Shown here: piece after piece, positions 20,770 to 31,370 of the stretch
How positions within the stretch are numbered: position 1 is the stretch's first letter
Layout of the letters: every line of letters starts with the position of its first letter
Source of the DNA: Octopus bimaculoides
Taxonomy: Eukaryota
DNA length: 36,087 nucleotides
Assembly (NCBI RefSeq): GCF_001194135.2
Contig: NC_068991.1
Location: 53,022,574-53,058,660, forward strand
Reading direction: 5' to 3'
Position numbers and translations under genes: made by a program
The notes under the pieces: model-generated
Databases searched by the model: none
What the model was told of the DNA's origin: nothing
The model's input: the letters and a program-made list of their open reading frames with translations, nothing else

Positions 20770-22042
20770 TACTCAACTGGTGTGTGTTGTACCTAAGTAT
20801 CATTTGGTTTTTCATGGCTCCTATATAGGATTTTATACGGCTATTTGTGTGTATGTCACATTGGTAAACTACATTTTTAGTCTTACATCTATTAGAGAAT
20901 TGGCACTTCTATCCCTGCAGCCACATAAATTATTAGGTATATTTGTGTTCGTGTTGTGTTGTGGGGGGCTATTACTACTCTGGTCTTTGTCTATGTTACT
21001 AGGAGGCGCTTCATTAGTGGTGGGATTTGTTCTATTAGTCTGTTGATTGTTACATTTATTGTTCCTAATTTTCCTAGCTTTGTAGAATGTGTCTAGTTTT
21101 TATTATTGATCGAGGCTATGATGGTAGCTAAGTTATTAGTCAGGCTGTGGCCTACTCTAATTTTATTCCTAAATATTGCTGCATATTTATCATTTACGTT
21201 TAAGCGTTTATCTATTAGTTTCATTAATGAGCGAACTATGTTGGATTTGACGTGCATAGCGAAAAGGATTACAAGCCAGATCTTATCCCTATTACGTCTA
21301 TTGTTAGTATTGCTATGTCTGGTATAGAAACTACCCTCATTGTTTGTAAGGCATGTGAAATTATAGTTATGGTTATCAAGTTTATTTCTTATAGTTGGGT
21401 TTATCTTTTCTATTGGTCTTGTCTGTTTTATTGGGATTATTTCTGTATGGTTTATGTGGACTCAATGACCTGGTGTTATGGTTTTTAACAGGGTTTATCT
21501 TTGTTCTTTGGGGCTCTTTATTTTTATTCTTATCAATATGTAGGTTTATATTATTCTTATTACAGCTATTATTATTTTTCAATTTGTTTTTATAATTCGT
21601 GCTATTAATCTTGTTAATGTTGTTAATTTTATTGATTATCCCATCGTTGGTATTCATGTTGTCATTGTTTATAATATTATTGGTGATTTGTGTAGGGGAC
21701 TTAACATTGTTTCTATTGCTATTATTTTTGTTGTTCTTATTGCTGGTGTAGTTTGTAGTGACGTTTGGTGTTTGGTTAGTGTTAATGGTATTATTGTGTG
21801 GATTTTTGTTATTTAGGTTATTTGTATAGTGATTGGCGTCTAGGTATTTAATTTTTTGTTTAAATCTTGCTTTATCTAGTGCAATATTATAGATTTCCTT
21901 ATCCTTATTAAAAATATGTTAGTTGGAAGAGAGGCATGATATTCTATTGCTAATGTTATGTACTAAACCTCTCTTAATAAAGTTCGGATGGTTACTGGAT
22001 GCCTTTATGTATTTGAGGTTAGTGTTGGGTTTCATATAGGGT
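20770..22042 (-). mobile_element. Penelope-like element relic: RT thumb, Asn-rich linker, GIY-YIG endonuclease start
   Basis: PYMKPNTNLKYIKASSNHPNFIK...IYNIAL (thumb); RRNRDKIWLVILFAMHVKSNIVRSLMKLIDK...IFRNKIRVGHSLTNNLATII; LCGCRDR; RCKTKNVVYQC...KSYIGAMK...LRYNTH. Few stops and frameshifts. Confidence 0.88.
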
Positions 22043-22297
22043 TCGTGGGTTCCTGTGGTCTTTGGTCAGTCTGAGGCTATAGTTGTAAACACTTGCTCAA
22101 GGTGCCATAGTAGTAAATAATGTATGCATAGACTTAAAAATGGCTTTCTTGACAAAACCAAGTCTAAATTCATATTTAATGGGTACCACTTCTGTAACAC
22201 TCAAGAACTAGTAAGTCAGTCACTTGTCATGACATATTGCAAAAATAAATAAATATATATTTTTTTAAAGATCTAAATAAATAATAATTATAATAAT

Positions 22298-22488
22298 TTC
22301 AAATTTTGGTACAAGGCTAGTAGATTTGTGAGAGGACTAAGTTGATTGTATTGATCCAATGTTCAAACCTGAAAGGATGAAAGCAGAGTCGACCTTGGCA
22401 GAATTTGAATTCAGAGTGTAAAGATGGACAAAGTGGCACGAAGCATTTTGCACAGTACGCTAACAATTCTGCTAGTTCACCGCCTTTA
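22298..22488 (-). mobile_element. SINE family B
   Basis: Similar to the reverse complement of 7490-7716. Confidence 0.8.
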
Positions 22489-22526
22489 ATAATGATGATG
22501 AGGATGAAGATGATGATGATGATGAA

Positions 22527-23020
22527 TGCCCTGATGCAGTACCAGGCAGCATCTCTTGTGGCTTTTGATCTTAACTGATTGGAAGTGTTATCATGTACAT
22601 TGTTTTGTCTTGGTATAAAAGATGGGCTACAACAAATATTCTGCTTAATACCACAGATTTGCTTGTCAGTTGTTTGACCTTAACCAGTTGGTGTTTGAAT
22701 AATTCACCTCTGGAAACATGGGCGTTTTGTTCATCCTCCTCAAAACAATCCTTATTCAGGGACCTTTTGAGCAGGGTAGTCTACTGAACCTGAAGAAAAT
22801 TATAACTGCCCCCCCCCCTGCAAGATTATGCACTGTTTCTCTTGATATGAAATCACCATATTGCACACATATGGTTGTGATGCATGTGCCTGGTGTACCC
22901 TTATCAGACGGGTAGTCATGATGGGTATATTGGGCTTCGTATATTTGTACCCAAGTGTCACTTTGATGACATGCGCTACTCTCTCACATAATAATAATAA
23001 TAATCATAATAATAATAATA
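22527..23020 (+). mobile_element. Unclassified SINE-like repeat ending in (AAT)n
   Basis: Non-coding, simple-repeat tail, recognised as an octopus-type interspersed repeat. Single copy in the window. Confidence 0.45.
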
Positions 23021-23021
23021 A

Positions 23022-23225
23022 TTTCTAATTTAGGCACAAAGATAGCAATTTTGAAGGAAGGGGTTTAGTTGATACCACTGCTTCCAGGACTCAAATTGTA
23101 CTTATTTTATCAATCTTGAAAGGGTGAAAAATGTAGGCAACCTTGGCAGAATTTGAACTCAGAATGTGAAAAGTCAAAATAAGTACTGCAAAGTACTTTT
23201 GCCCAACACTCTGATGATTCTCCAT
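23022..23225 (-). mobile_element. SINE family B
   Basis: CTTGGCAGAATTTGAACTCAGAATG motif. Confidence 0.8.
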
Positions 23226-23234
23226 CTAAATAAT

Positions 23235-23626
23235 AATGTTGTTGTTGTTGGCACTCCATCGCTTACGACATCGAGGATTCCAGTTGATCCGATCAACGGA
23301 ACAGCCTGCTTGTGAAATTAACGTGCAAGTGGCTGAGCACTCCACAGACACGTGTACCCTTAACGTAGTTCTTGGAGGATATTCAGCGTAACACAGTGTG
23401 ACAAGGCTGACCCTTAGAATTACAGGTACAACAGAAACAGGAAGTAAGAATGAGAGAAAGTTGTGATGGAAGAGTACAGCAAGGTTCGCCACCATCCCCT
23501 GCCGGAGCCTCGTGGAGCTTTAGGTGTTTTCGCTCAATATACACTCACAACGCCCGGTCTGGGAATCGAAACCGTGATCCTATGACCGCGAGTCCGCTGC
23601 CCTAACCACTGGGCCATTGCGCCTCC
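23235..23626 (-). mobile_element. tRNA-derived SINE related to family C, full length and young
   Basis: Minus strand GGAGGCGCAATGGCCCAGTGGTTAGGGCAGCGG...GGTTTCGATTCCCAG head; 3' body shared with 4355; (CAA)n tail; CpGs retained. Confidence 0.88.
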
Positions 23627-24377
23627 ACTTAAATAATAATAACAATAATAATAATAATAGATCCAGAACAAAAAAAAAACACAAAAACAAATTCAGCTGC
23701 AGAGGAAGACTGCCTAAAGTAAACTGAACGTTGATGCGAATGTGATTGAATATATGTCATGTATACATGTGTGTATATGTGTGCGTGTGTATGTATACAT
23801 GTATGTATGTGTATGTGTATATATGTAAATGTAAGTATTATGCATACACACACATACACATAGATCAAAGTTTCACTGTTCACACAGCTTCTCTTGTCAC
23901 CTCTCTATGTATTTCTTCATTTCTCTCTGACACATGATTCTTCTCTAATGGTTTCTGTCTGCATTTATAACTCCATGATATAATGTTAAATAAAATTTGT
24001 TATTTATTTATCAACTTTGTTTTGTTTTTTTTAGACATTTATGCATTCTTGAACTTTATTTTATAATTTCACATAGAACAAAAAGAAAAAATTAAAGGAC
24101 TTTAGTATCAAATAATGAAGCAGTCCAGTAAGGGTTATTAGTTCAATTGCAATTATTTATATCCATGGTGATTGACTTAATTTGTATGCTATTAATAACA
24201 TGATATTCATCTTAACAACTGGAAACAACAATCATTTGATGACATTTATGATAACCAATACATAGTATTGCATAATAAATGACTAAAGAAGACCACCACT
24301 TAAAGGTATTGATTGGTTGAGGGGATTGACAAAAGAATTTCTTTACTGTATTGTTTATTGTATATGTTAATTCAGAC

Positions 24378-24756
24378 CGGTGGTTCATAACTGGGGTCCA
24401 AATAACCTCTGGGGTTCCATATAAGATTTTTGGGTGTCCAAGGAAGGAAAATAGTAAATTGGGCATCTATGGTAGTATTTTAGGGGTCCATGAAATAATT
24501 TTGTATTAGATGTGTATATTGCAAGAAACAATTAGGTTTCTTTCTCTCACATTTTACATAGTTCAACATGCTTCCAGCCTCCTCTTAGAGAGTTCTACTG
24601 CAAACCTACACTAGTGAATGAGTGTAAAACAAAATGGAAATTTCAAGAAAGGTGTCTATAAAACTAGTTGTTAAATATTGAATGTCTATGGGAGTCCACC
24701 AGAGTAAAACAGTAAGCAAAGGGGTCCATAGGCTAAAAAATGGTTGAGAGCCCCTG
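24378..24756. mobile_element. hAT (Charlie-like) MITE
   Basis: TIR CGGTGGTTCATAAC / GGTTGAGAGCCCCTG, subterminal GGGGTCC repeats, decayed 8-bp TSD ATTCAGAC / ATATGGAC. Confidence 0.7.
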
Positions 24757-25231
24757 ATATGGACTTTTTGAAATTGGTAATAAGAACATGGCTTAGTTAC
24801 ATTTTGAGACAGATGGTTCCATAACTCTGCAGCACTTTATGTTAATCGTTTGTTTAGTTTGGTTTTTATTTTTCCAATTTCACTCATGAGTTAAACAATT
24901 TATTTATCCTTCTCATTGAGTTGTTAGTTGTTTGCAATTGTGTATTCTGTGGCAATATGGAGGAACTTGGTAGTATTCCAAGGCAGATGTATTTAACTTA
25001 TTTGTTACATATTTCATTTACTTATTTGTTACATACAAATTGGTCCATATGCTATGATTTGAGTAGCTTTTTTCCAGTTACTTCTGATGATTTCATTTAA
25101 ATGAATGTCATTTCAATTAAACCATATTGTATTTCTTTGTAACAAATAGGGATAAATTAATGCAAAGTATATTTTCATTAACCACCACAAACTGAATCCT
25201 TCCATTGAATCCTTACAATGAATCCTTACAA

Positions 25232-25710
25232 TGTGGTGGTTTGTGTGTCTCAATGATCCTGAGAGTTATGCCTGAGGAGTACAAACTCCTGGCAAGGCCT
25301 CCCATACTGGGCAGGTCAAAGGATAGATGCTAGACTCTAATATGGACCACTTCTTCCAGCGGGTAGAATAGGTTTTCATAGGACCAACAATCTTACCTAG
25401 AAAAAAAAGCAAAGTTATTGAAGCATCGATGATTATTCAAAACCAACAAGACATGGAAGAGGAAGGTCTTCCTCCTGTGGTTTTAGTTTTGGATTTTGCT
25501 GCAGCACAAATGGAAACAACTGGCCATGATCTGGAATCCACAAGGGAGGCAGAGGAGAGGGAACTCTAGAAGTTTCTAGAGGAAGAATACTAGGGTGGAG
25601 ATGAGAGAGTAAGGATCCAACTGGAGAGTGATGAAAGAGATGGTCCAAGTTGAGAGCAGTGGGGAAGGATCACTGACCACCTATGCTCCATAAGGTGTAA
25701 AGGGCTTAAA
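25232..25710 (+). mobile_element. Bipartite non-autonomous RTE derivative (5' UTR-like part joined to RT C-terminus)
   Basis: 3' part gives QLAMIWNPQGRQRRGNSRSF, like the RTE WNPQGKRKRGRP motif. The 5' part resembles RTE 5' UTRs (recognition only). Confidence 0.55.
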
Positions 25711-25936
25711 GAAGAAAATAAGAAAGAGATTTCAGTATGGCTGTGAAGAAGACATATTTTAACCTTGTATAATATACCAACCTATTTTTATTTTTTAGAT
25801 ATTATATTTACATGTTGTTTCTACTGAAGAGTTGAGATGATCAGCTTGTCCAGTTTCATTACCATGTAGAATAACTTCTGAAATAAATTATCATGAACAC
25901 AGTTTTTGATAATTTATTTCAGAATTTATAAAGATA

Positions 25937-26545
25937 AGCATCAGTTGTGGTGTGCAAGAGAGACGATTGTGCTGGTATGGTCATGTGGCGAGAATGGATG
26001 AGGATAGCTGTGTGAAAAAGTGCCACACCCTAGCGGTTTAGGGAACCTGTGGAAGAGGTAGACCCAGGAAGACCTAGGATGAGGTGGTGAAGCACGACCT
26101 TCGAACATTAGGCCTCACCGAGGCAATGACTAGTGACCGAGACCTTTGGAAATATGCTGTGCGTGAGAAGCCTCGGCAAGCCAAGTGATACAATAATCCG
26201 TGGCCTCTGCCAGGGGTGTAGCCAGCTCATTTATTCATACCTTTACTTCATTGGACACTAAACTCTGCTTGAAAAGACCTGTTAAGACAAATGAAATCGA
26301 AATCGAACCAAATTCGACAACTGGCACTCATGCCAACCTTTCCTTCATTGGACACTAAACTCTGTTTGTGAAGACCTGTTGGGGCAAGTGAAATCGAAAT
26401 CGTAACTGAACCAAATTTGATGACTGGCACCCGTGCCAGTGGAGCGCTAGCATCACCGTCTAAGCATGATCATTGCCAGAGCAGCTGTCTGGCTTCCATG
26501 CTGGTCGCTTGTAAATAACATCATTTGAGTGTGATCGTTACCACC
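25937..26545 (+). mobile_element. RTE-clade LINE 3' fragment with 97-bp tandem unit in the UTR
   Basis: CGVQERRLCWYGHVARMDEDSCVKKC...GRGRPRKT*DEVVKHDL...DRDLWKYAV, stop at 26186-26188; units start at 26247 and 26344. Confidence 0.9.
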
Positions 26546-26574
26546 TGCTGTTACATTGTTCTTTTATAGAGTAA

Positions 26575-26578
<4 letters not shown>

Positions 26579-26613
<35 letters not shown>

Positions 26614-26810
26614 TGTGTCTGTGTTTGTCCCTGCCACACTTAACTGATTTTAGTTTGTTTACATCCTTGTAACTTAGCAGCTTAGCAAAAAGGGGATGAT
26701 AGAATAAGTACCAGACTTTAAAATAAGTACTGGGATGAATCTGTTCATCAGAAACCCTTCGAGGCAATGTTCCAGTCTGGCCACAGTCTAATGAGTGGAA
26801 AAAGAAAAAG
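26579..26810 (+). mobile_element. SINE family A, 3' half
   Basis: (TG)n-TCTGTGTTTGTCCC...GTAACTTAGCAG...AGAATAAGTACCAG. Confidence 0.75.
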
Positions 26811-26842
26811 ATGGAAGATAAAGGCGCCATAGGACATAAAAT

Positions 26843-27052
26843 TTCAAATTTTGGTACAGAGCCAGCAGTTTTTTAGGGAAGGGGTTACTTGATTACATCA
26901 ACCCCAGAACTTGACTGGTACTTATTTTATCAACTCCAAAAGGAAGGAAGACAACATCAATCTTGTTGGAATTTGAACTCAGAATGTATAGACATGAAAT
27001 GCTGCAAAGTATTTTATCTGGCATGCCAATGGATCTGCCAGTTCACCACCTT
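26843..27052 (-). mobile_element. SINE family B
   Basis: Similar to the reverse complement of 7490-7716. Confidence 0.8.
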
Positions 27053-27134
27053 AATACCATAGAATGTAATGAAATCCAAATATTTCTTGTCCTAAAAATC
27101 AATTTTATGTATCATTGCTCCTAGAGTAACAGAG

Positions 27135-27152
27135 AGAGAGAGAAAGAAAGAA

Positions 27153-27210
<58 letters not shown>
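27135..27210. repeat. (GA)n microsatellite
   Basis: Direct reading. Confidence 0.95.
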
Positions 27211-27213
<3 letters not shown>

Positions 27214-27325
27214 GTAGGTCTAACATGTGTTACCAGGCTTGCCTTATAAAACTAATTGTTCATCTCTTGCACCAGATGTTTTATTTGGGACATTGACTGA
27301 ATATTGCTCATGTATCTGTAAACAT

Positions 27326-27985
27326 TCATTGACACAGGATAGGTCTACAGTTCAATATATGGATCATAGTCTTGATGCCCAGAGTACAATTTCCCAAGAT
27401 GTTATATAATTTTGAGAATGCAGATTTGGCCAGCACTATTCTTCTTTTGATCTCCTTTACACATCTTGTGTTGAAGGATGATACCCGGCTTTATGCTTTG
27501 ATTGTTCACTTTCAACATGCACTTTAGGAGGCTATCCTTTTTTTGTCACCACTATACACAATTCTTGCAAGTTATGGAAGTGAAACATGATTTATAACAT
27601 CAAAAATGAGGTGTTTGGAGAGCTGTGAAAGGAGGTTCTTAAGAATATTAAGGATAGCATGGACAGAAAAAGTGTTCAATGAAGAAGTGATAACACTGGT
27701 TGTGGTAAATAGGAAAATGTTTTGTGAGATAAGGACCAAGCAACTGAGATTTCTTGGTTATGTGATGAGGAAAGAAGGCCTGGAGAATTTAGAAATGACC
27801 AGAAAGATTGAAGGGAAAAGAAGCAGAGAAAGGAGAAGGATGATATGGATGTCAAGCATGATGAACTGGTTGGAAGAAAGAGGCATCAAACATCAACAGC
27901 AGGAAGTTGAACTGTTAAAGAAAACAAAGAACAGAGAATTGTGACAGGATATTATCTCCTATGTCCTACATTCTGGACATGGTAC
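27326..27985 (+). mobile_element. RTE-like LINE 3' fragment with 5' inversion
   Basis: Plus strand 27555-27944: YGSET*FITSKMRCLESCERRFLRILRIAWTEKVFNEEV...QLRFLGYVMRKEGLENL...KIEGKRSR. Minus strand 27520-27326: RCVKEIKRRIVLAKSAFSKLYNIL. Confidence 0.82.
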
Positions 27986-28059
27986 CTGCTTCTTTTAGTT
28001 TTCATATTTTCCAATGGTGTTCTCTGTCTATTATTTTAACTTCATTCCACAGGGGTGGT

Positions 28060-28420
28060 AAAATACACCATTTTGAGCGTGGCCGTTACCAGTACCGCCT
28101 GACTGGCCTTTGTAGGATTTTCAAGCAAGATCGTTGCCAGTGCCCCTGGACTGGCTCTTGTGTGGGTGGCACATAAAATACACCATTTTGAGCATGGCCG
28201 TTGCCAGTACCGCCTGACTGGCCTTCGTGCGGGTGACACGTAAAAGCACCCACTACACTCTTTGAGTGGTTAGCGTTAGGAAGGGCATCCAGCTGTAGAA
28301 ACTCTGCCAAATCAGATTGGAGCCTGGTGTTGCCATCTGGTTTCACCAGTCCTCAGTCAAATCATCCAACCCATGCTAGCATGGAAAGCGGACGTTAAAC
28401 GATGATGATGATGATGATGA
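28060..28420 (+). mobile_element. RTE-type 3' UTR and tail with 116-bp tandem unit
   Basis: AATACACCATTTTGAGC at 28061 and 28177; ends GGACGTTAAAC(GAT)n. Confidence 0.85.
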
Positions 28421-28618
28421 TCACCTATACCCGATTTATCAATATCTCCTCAAGTCACAGCTTTGTGATGTTCCTCTACTCTTGTTTTGAGGGGGCGACA
28501 TGTTTCGCCTTTGCATAACCTACCACAGCTGCATGGGATGGAGTACACGCAGATTTTGGTCATATTCTCTTCTATTGGTGGTTTTACTCCAAAGAGATAT
28601 TTGCGAAGTGCTGTATTG

Positions 28619-28702
28619 ACAAACAAGATGAGGATAAATATCTGTCAAATGTAAATAATGTAAATAATGTACATAATTCCTCATCTCTTAAATATAGAAC
28701 TG
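28619..28702 (+). mobile_element. 3' fragment of the HHR-bearing SINE family D
   Basis: ACAAACAAGATGAGGATAAATATCTGTCAAATGTAAATAATG matches the reverse complement of about 5955-6012. Confidence 0.7.
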
Positions 28703-28705
28703 CCT

Positions 28706-29154
28706 TTCTACTGTAGGCACAAGGCTTGAAACTTGAATAAAGGATTAAGTCGATTACATCAACCCCAGTGCATAACTGGTACTTATTTAATCGATCCTAA
28801 AAGGATGAAAGGCAAAGTCAACCTTGGCAGAATTTGAACTCAGAACATAAAAACAGACGAAATACCACCAAGCATTTTGCCTGGTGTGCTAACGGTTCTG
28901 CCAGCTCAATGCCTCCATAATAATAATAATAATAATAATCGTTTTCAAATTTTGCCACAAGGGCAGCACTTTTGGGGGAGGGGTTAAGTCAATTACATTC
29001 ACCCCAGTTTTCAACTGGTACTTATCGCCCCCGAAAGGATGAAAGACAAAGTCGACCTCAGCAGAATTTGAATTCAGAATGTAGTGGCACATGAAATACC
29101 GCTAAGCATTTCATTTCACCCTGCGTGCTAAGGATTCTGCCAGCTCACCGCCTT
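28706..29154 (-). mobile_element. Two head-to-tail SINE family B copies (28706-28915, 28942-29154)
   Basis: Both are similar to the reverse complement of 7490-7716 and are separated by (AAT)n. Confidence 0.88.
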
Positions 29155-29216
29155 TTTCATAATAATGATAATAGCAAACAAAACTGCAATCACAAGAATA
29201 ACAATCATTGTCATAA

Positions 29217-29445
29217 GTGGCTGTGTGGTAAGTAGCTTGCTTACCAACCACATGGTTCCGGGTTCAGTCCCACTGTGTGGCATCTTGGGCAAGTGTCTTC
29301 TACTATAGCCTTGGGCCGACCANNNNNNNNNNCTAGGCTTCCAAAGAATAAGTCCTGGGGTCGATTTGCTCGACTAAAGGCGGTGCTCCAGCATGGCCAC
29401 AGTCAAAAGACTGAAACAAGTAAAAGAGTAAAGAGTAAGAGTAAT
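29217..29445 (+). mobile_element. SINE family A, young; middle replaced by an N gap (29323-29332)
   Basis: Head and tail nearly identical to the 29622 and 3047 copies. Confidence 0.88.
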
Positions 29446-29621
29446 ATATCACAAGGAGAAAGTAAGAGGTTTTACGATTGTTGACAATTTTATGGCCTAC
29501 TCATCTCTCATAATGTAAAAAACAAATATCCCTTGGATTTTCTTCAAAGTTCTTGATAGTTCCTTCCCTCTTATCAACCTAGATATAGCATTTTCAAGTA
29601 TGCTGTGTAAAAGTGTATTAT

Positions 29622-30016
29622 TACTCTTTTACTCTTTTACTTGTTTCAGTCATTTGACTGCGGCCATGCTGGGGCACCACCTTTAGTCGAGTAAATCGAC
29701 CCCAGGACTTATTCTTTATAAGCCTAGTATTTATTCTATCGGTCTCGTTTGCCGAACTGCTAAGTTACGGGGACGTAAACACACCAGCATCGGTTGTCAA
29801 GCGATGTTGGGGGGACAAACACATACACACACATACATATATATACATATATATGACAGGCTTCTTTCAGTTTCCGTCTACCAAATCCACTCACAAGGCT
29901 TTGGTCGGCCCAAGGCTATAGTAGAAGACACTTGCCCAAGATGCCATGCAGTGGGAATGAATCCGGAACCATGTGGTTGGTAAGCAAGCTACTTACCACA
30001 CAACCACTCCTGCGCC
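29622..30016 (-). mobile_element. SINE family A, full length, with TSD
   Basis: Complete head to tail; TATTAT at 29616-29621 and 30017-30022. Confidence 0.92.
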
Positions 30017-30258
30017 TATTATGTATATTTATTTTATGTTGTTTCTAAGTGTGTTTAACCTAACACATTTCTATACAAGGTACTTATTAAAAAACAACAA
30101 AAAACAACTATCACAATTTAGTTACAATCCTCTTCAAAGAATATTGTTTGCAATATTTTGTTTTACTTTTTCTGGCTAGTCATGCTCCTACCCTATAATA
30201 CCTACATAAAAGCTGGGTATATTGGCAATGAAACATTTTTTCAGCACACTATTTTTCA

Positions 30259-30478
30259 CCTTTAACATTCAGACCAGTCATATCAGGCCTAAATATTCCA
30301 CCCGTTTTATGTTCAAACAGGCCAGATTCTGCCACTCACACCTAGCCTACAATGTCATTATAAAAACAAACAATCAAATCATCAAAATCACAAAGCTACA
30401 AGGTAATGCATAATTAAATTCAAAACAGCATGAATCAATAAGCATTACATATAGTAGAGTAATCTGAATGCTATAGGG
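30259..30478 (-). mobile_element. piggyBac-like MITE (inverted copy of 3510-3732)
   Basis: CCTTTAACATT / AATGCTATAGGG ends; collinear interior. Confidence 0.65.
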
Positions 30479-30499
30479 AGAACAATTTTGTTTATCTAG

Positions 30500-30502
<3 letters not shown>

Positions 30503-30532
<30 letters not shown>

Positions 30533-30556
30533 AAGAAGAAGAAGAAGAAGAAGAAG
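30503..30556. repeat. (AAG)n microsatellite
   Basis: Direct reading. Confidence 0.95.
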
Positions 30557-31283
30557 CAGAAGAATTCATACTTTGTTCTAATCATTGTCCTGCATTTATT
30601 TAACCCACATTTGGCTTGGTATACCTGGCTGTAAATAGGTACTACTCTAAGCTGCAGTACTGTTGTTTAGACGAATGATATTGTTAGGTTGCAATGTGAA
30701 ATTAAATTCTTCCTTCGAGAAAACTCCATGACATAGCTACAGGATGTGCTGCATCGATCAGACGTAAAGTTTTTCCCACTCTACCCCATATACTGGCTTA
30801 TGCAGCAGACCCAAAAGAACACCTCACGCCATAAAACATCGCCTGGGGCAGAGTATCCCATCCCTGCCCCCCTAGCTAATACCACTGGGAAAGTTCCCTT
30901 CATAAGACTACGAATTTATAGAGGAATGTAGTTAGGGTACTGGACACTATCCCAAACCAGAGAGCATCACCAGGCCATGTAGATTATTGGAATCTGGAAT
31001 CTTTTAACTTATTTTACTCAAGATTAGCTTTAGTGTTGCGATTTTAAGAGAAAATATAGTGACACAACAACCGAAGAAGGTTGTCATTTCAACCTACTTC
31101 GGTCTAATACAGTTACAGAACAGTGAACCGCCCCCCTCTCTCTCTCTCTCTTCATCAGTTAGACTATTTATATATCAATCAATACTCAGAATATCACGGT
31201 ACGGCAGTAGTGTCAATTTGACAATTAACATGCAAAAAAAAAAAAAATCTAGGTAACACACACAAGAGCGTCCGAATGAATGC

Positions 31284-31285
<2 letters not shown>

Positions 31286-31369
<84 letters not shown>
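31286..31369. repeat. (CA)n microsatellite
   Basis: Direct reading. Confidence 0.97.

Positions 31370-31370
<1 letters not shown>

Noticed and set aside
20759-21595. Hydrophobic plus-strand ORFs resembling membrane proteins
   Set aside because: Antisense of the Asn-rich Penelope-like ORF.
27227-27409. Plus-strand ORF with a good-looking acceptor
   Set aside because: Mostly antisense of the inverted LINE RT segment.
28491-28512. Minus-strand GGCGAAACATGTCGCCCC resembling a hammerhead 3' half
   Set aside because: No CTGANGA upstream; could be a simple hairpin.
30740-30990. GC-richer segment faintly like a LINE C-terminal Cys region
   Set aside because: No motif clear enough in any frame.
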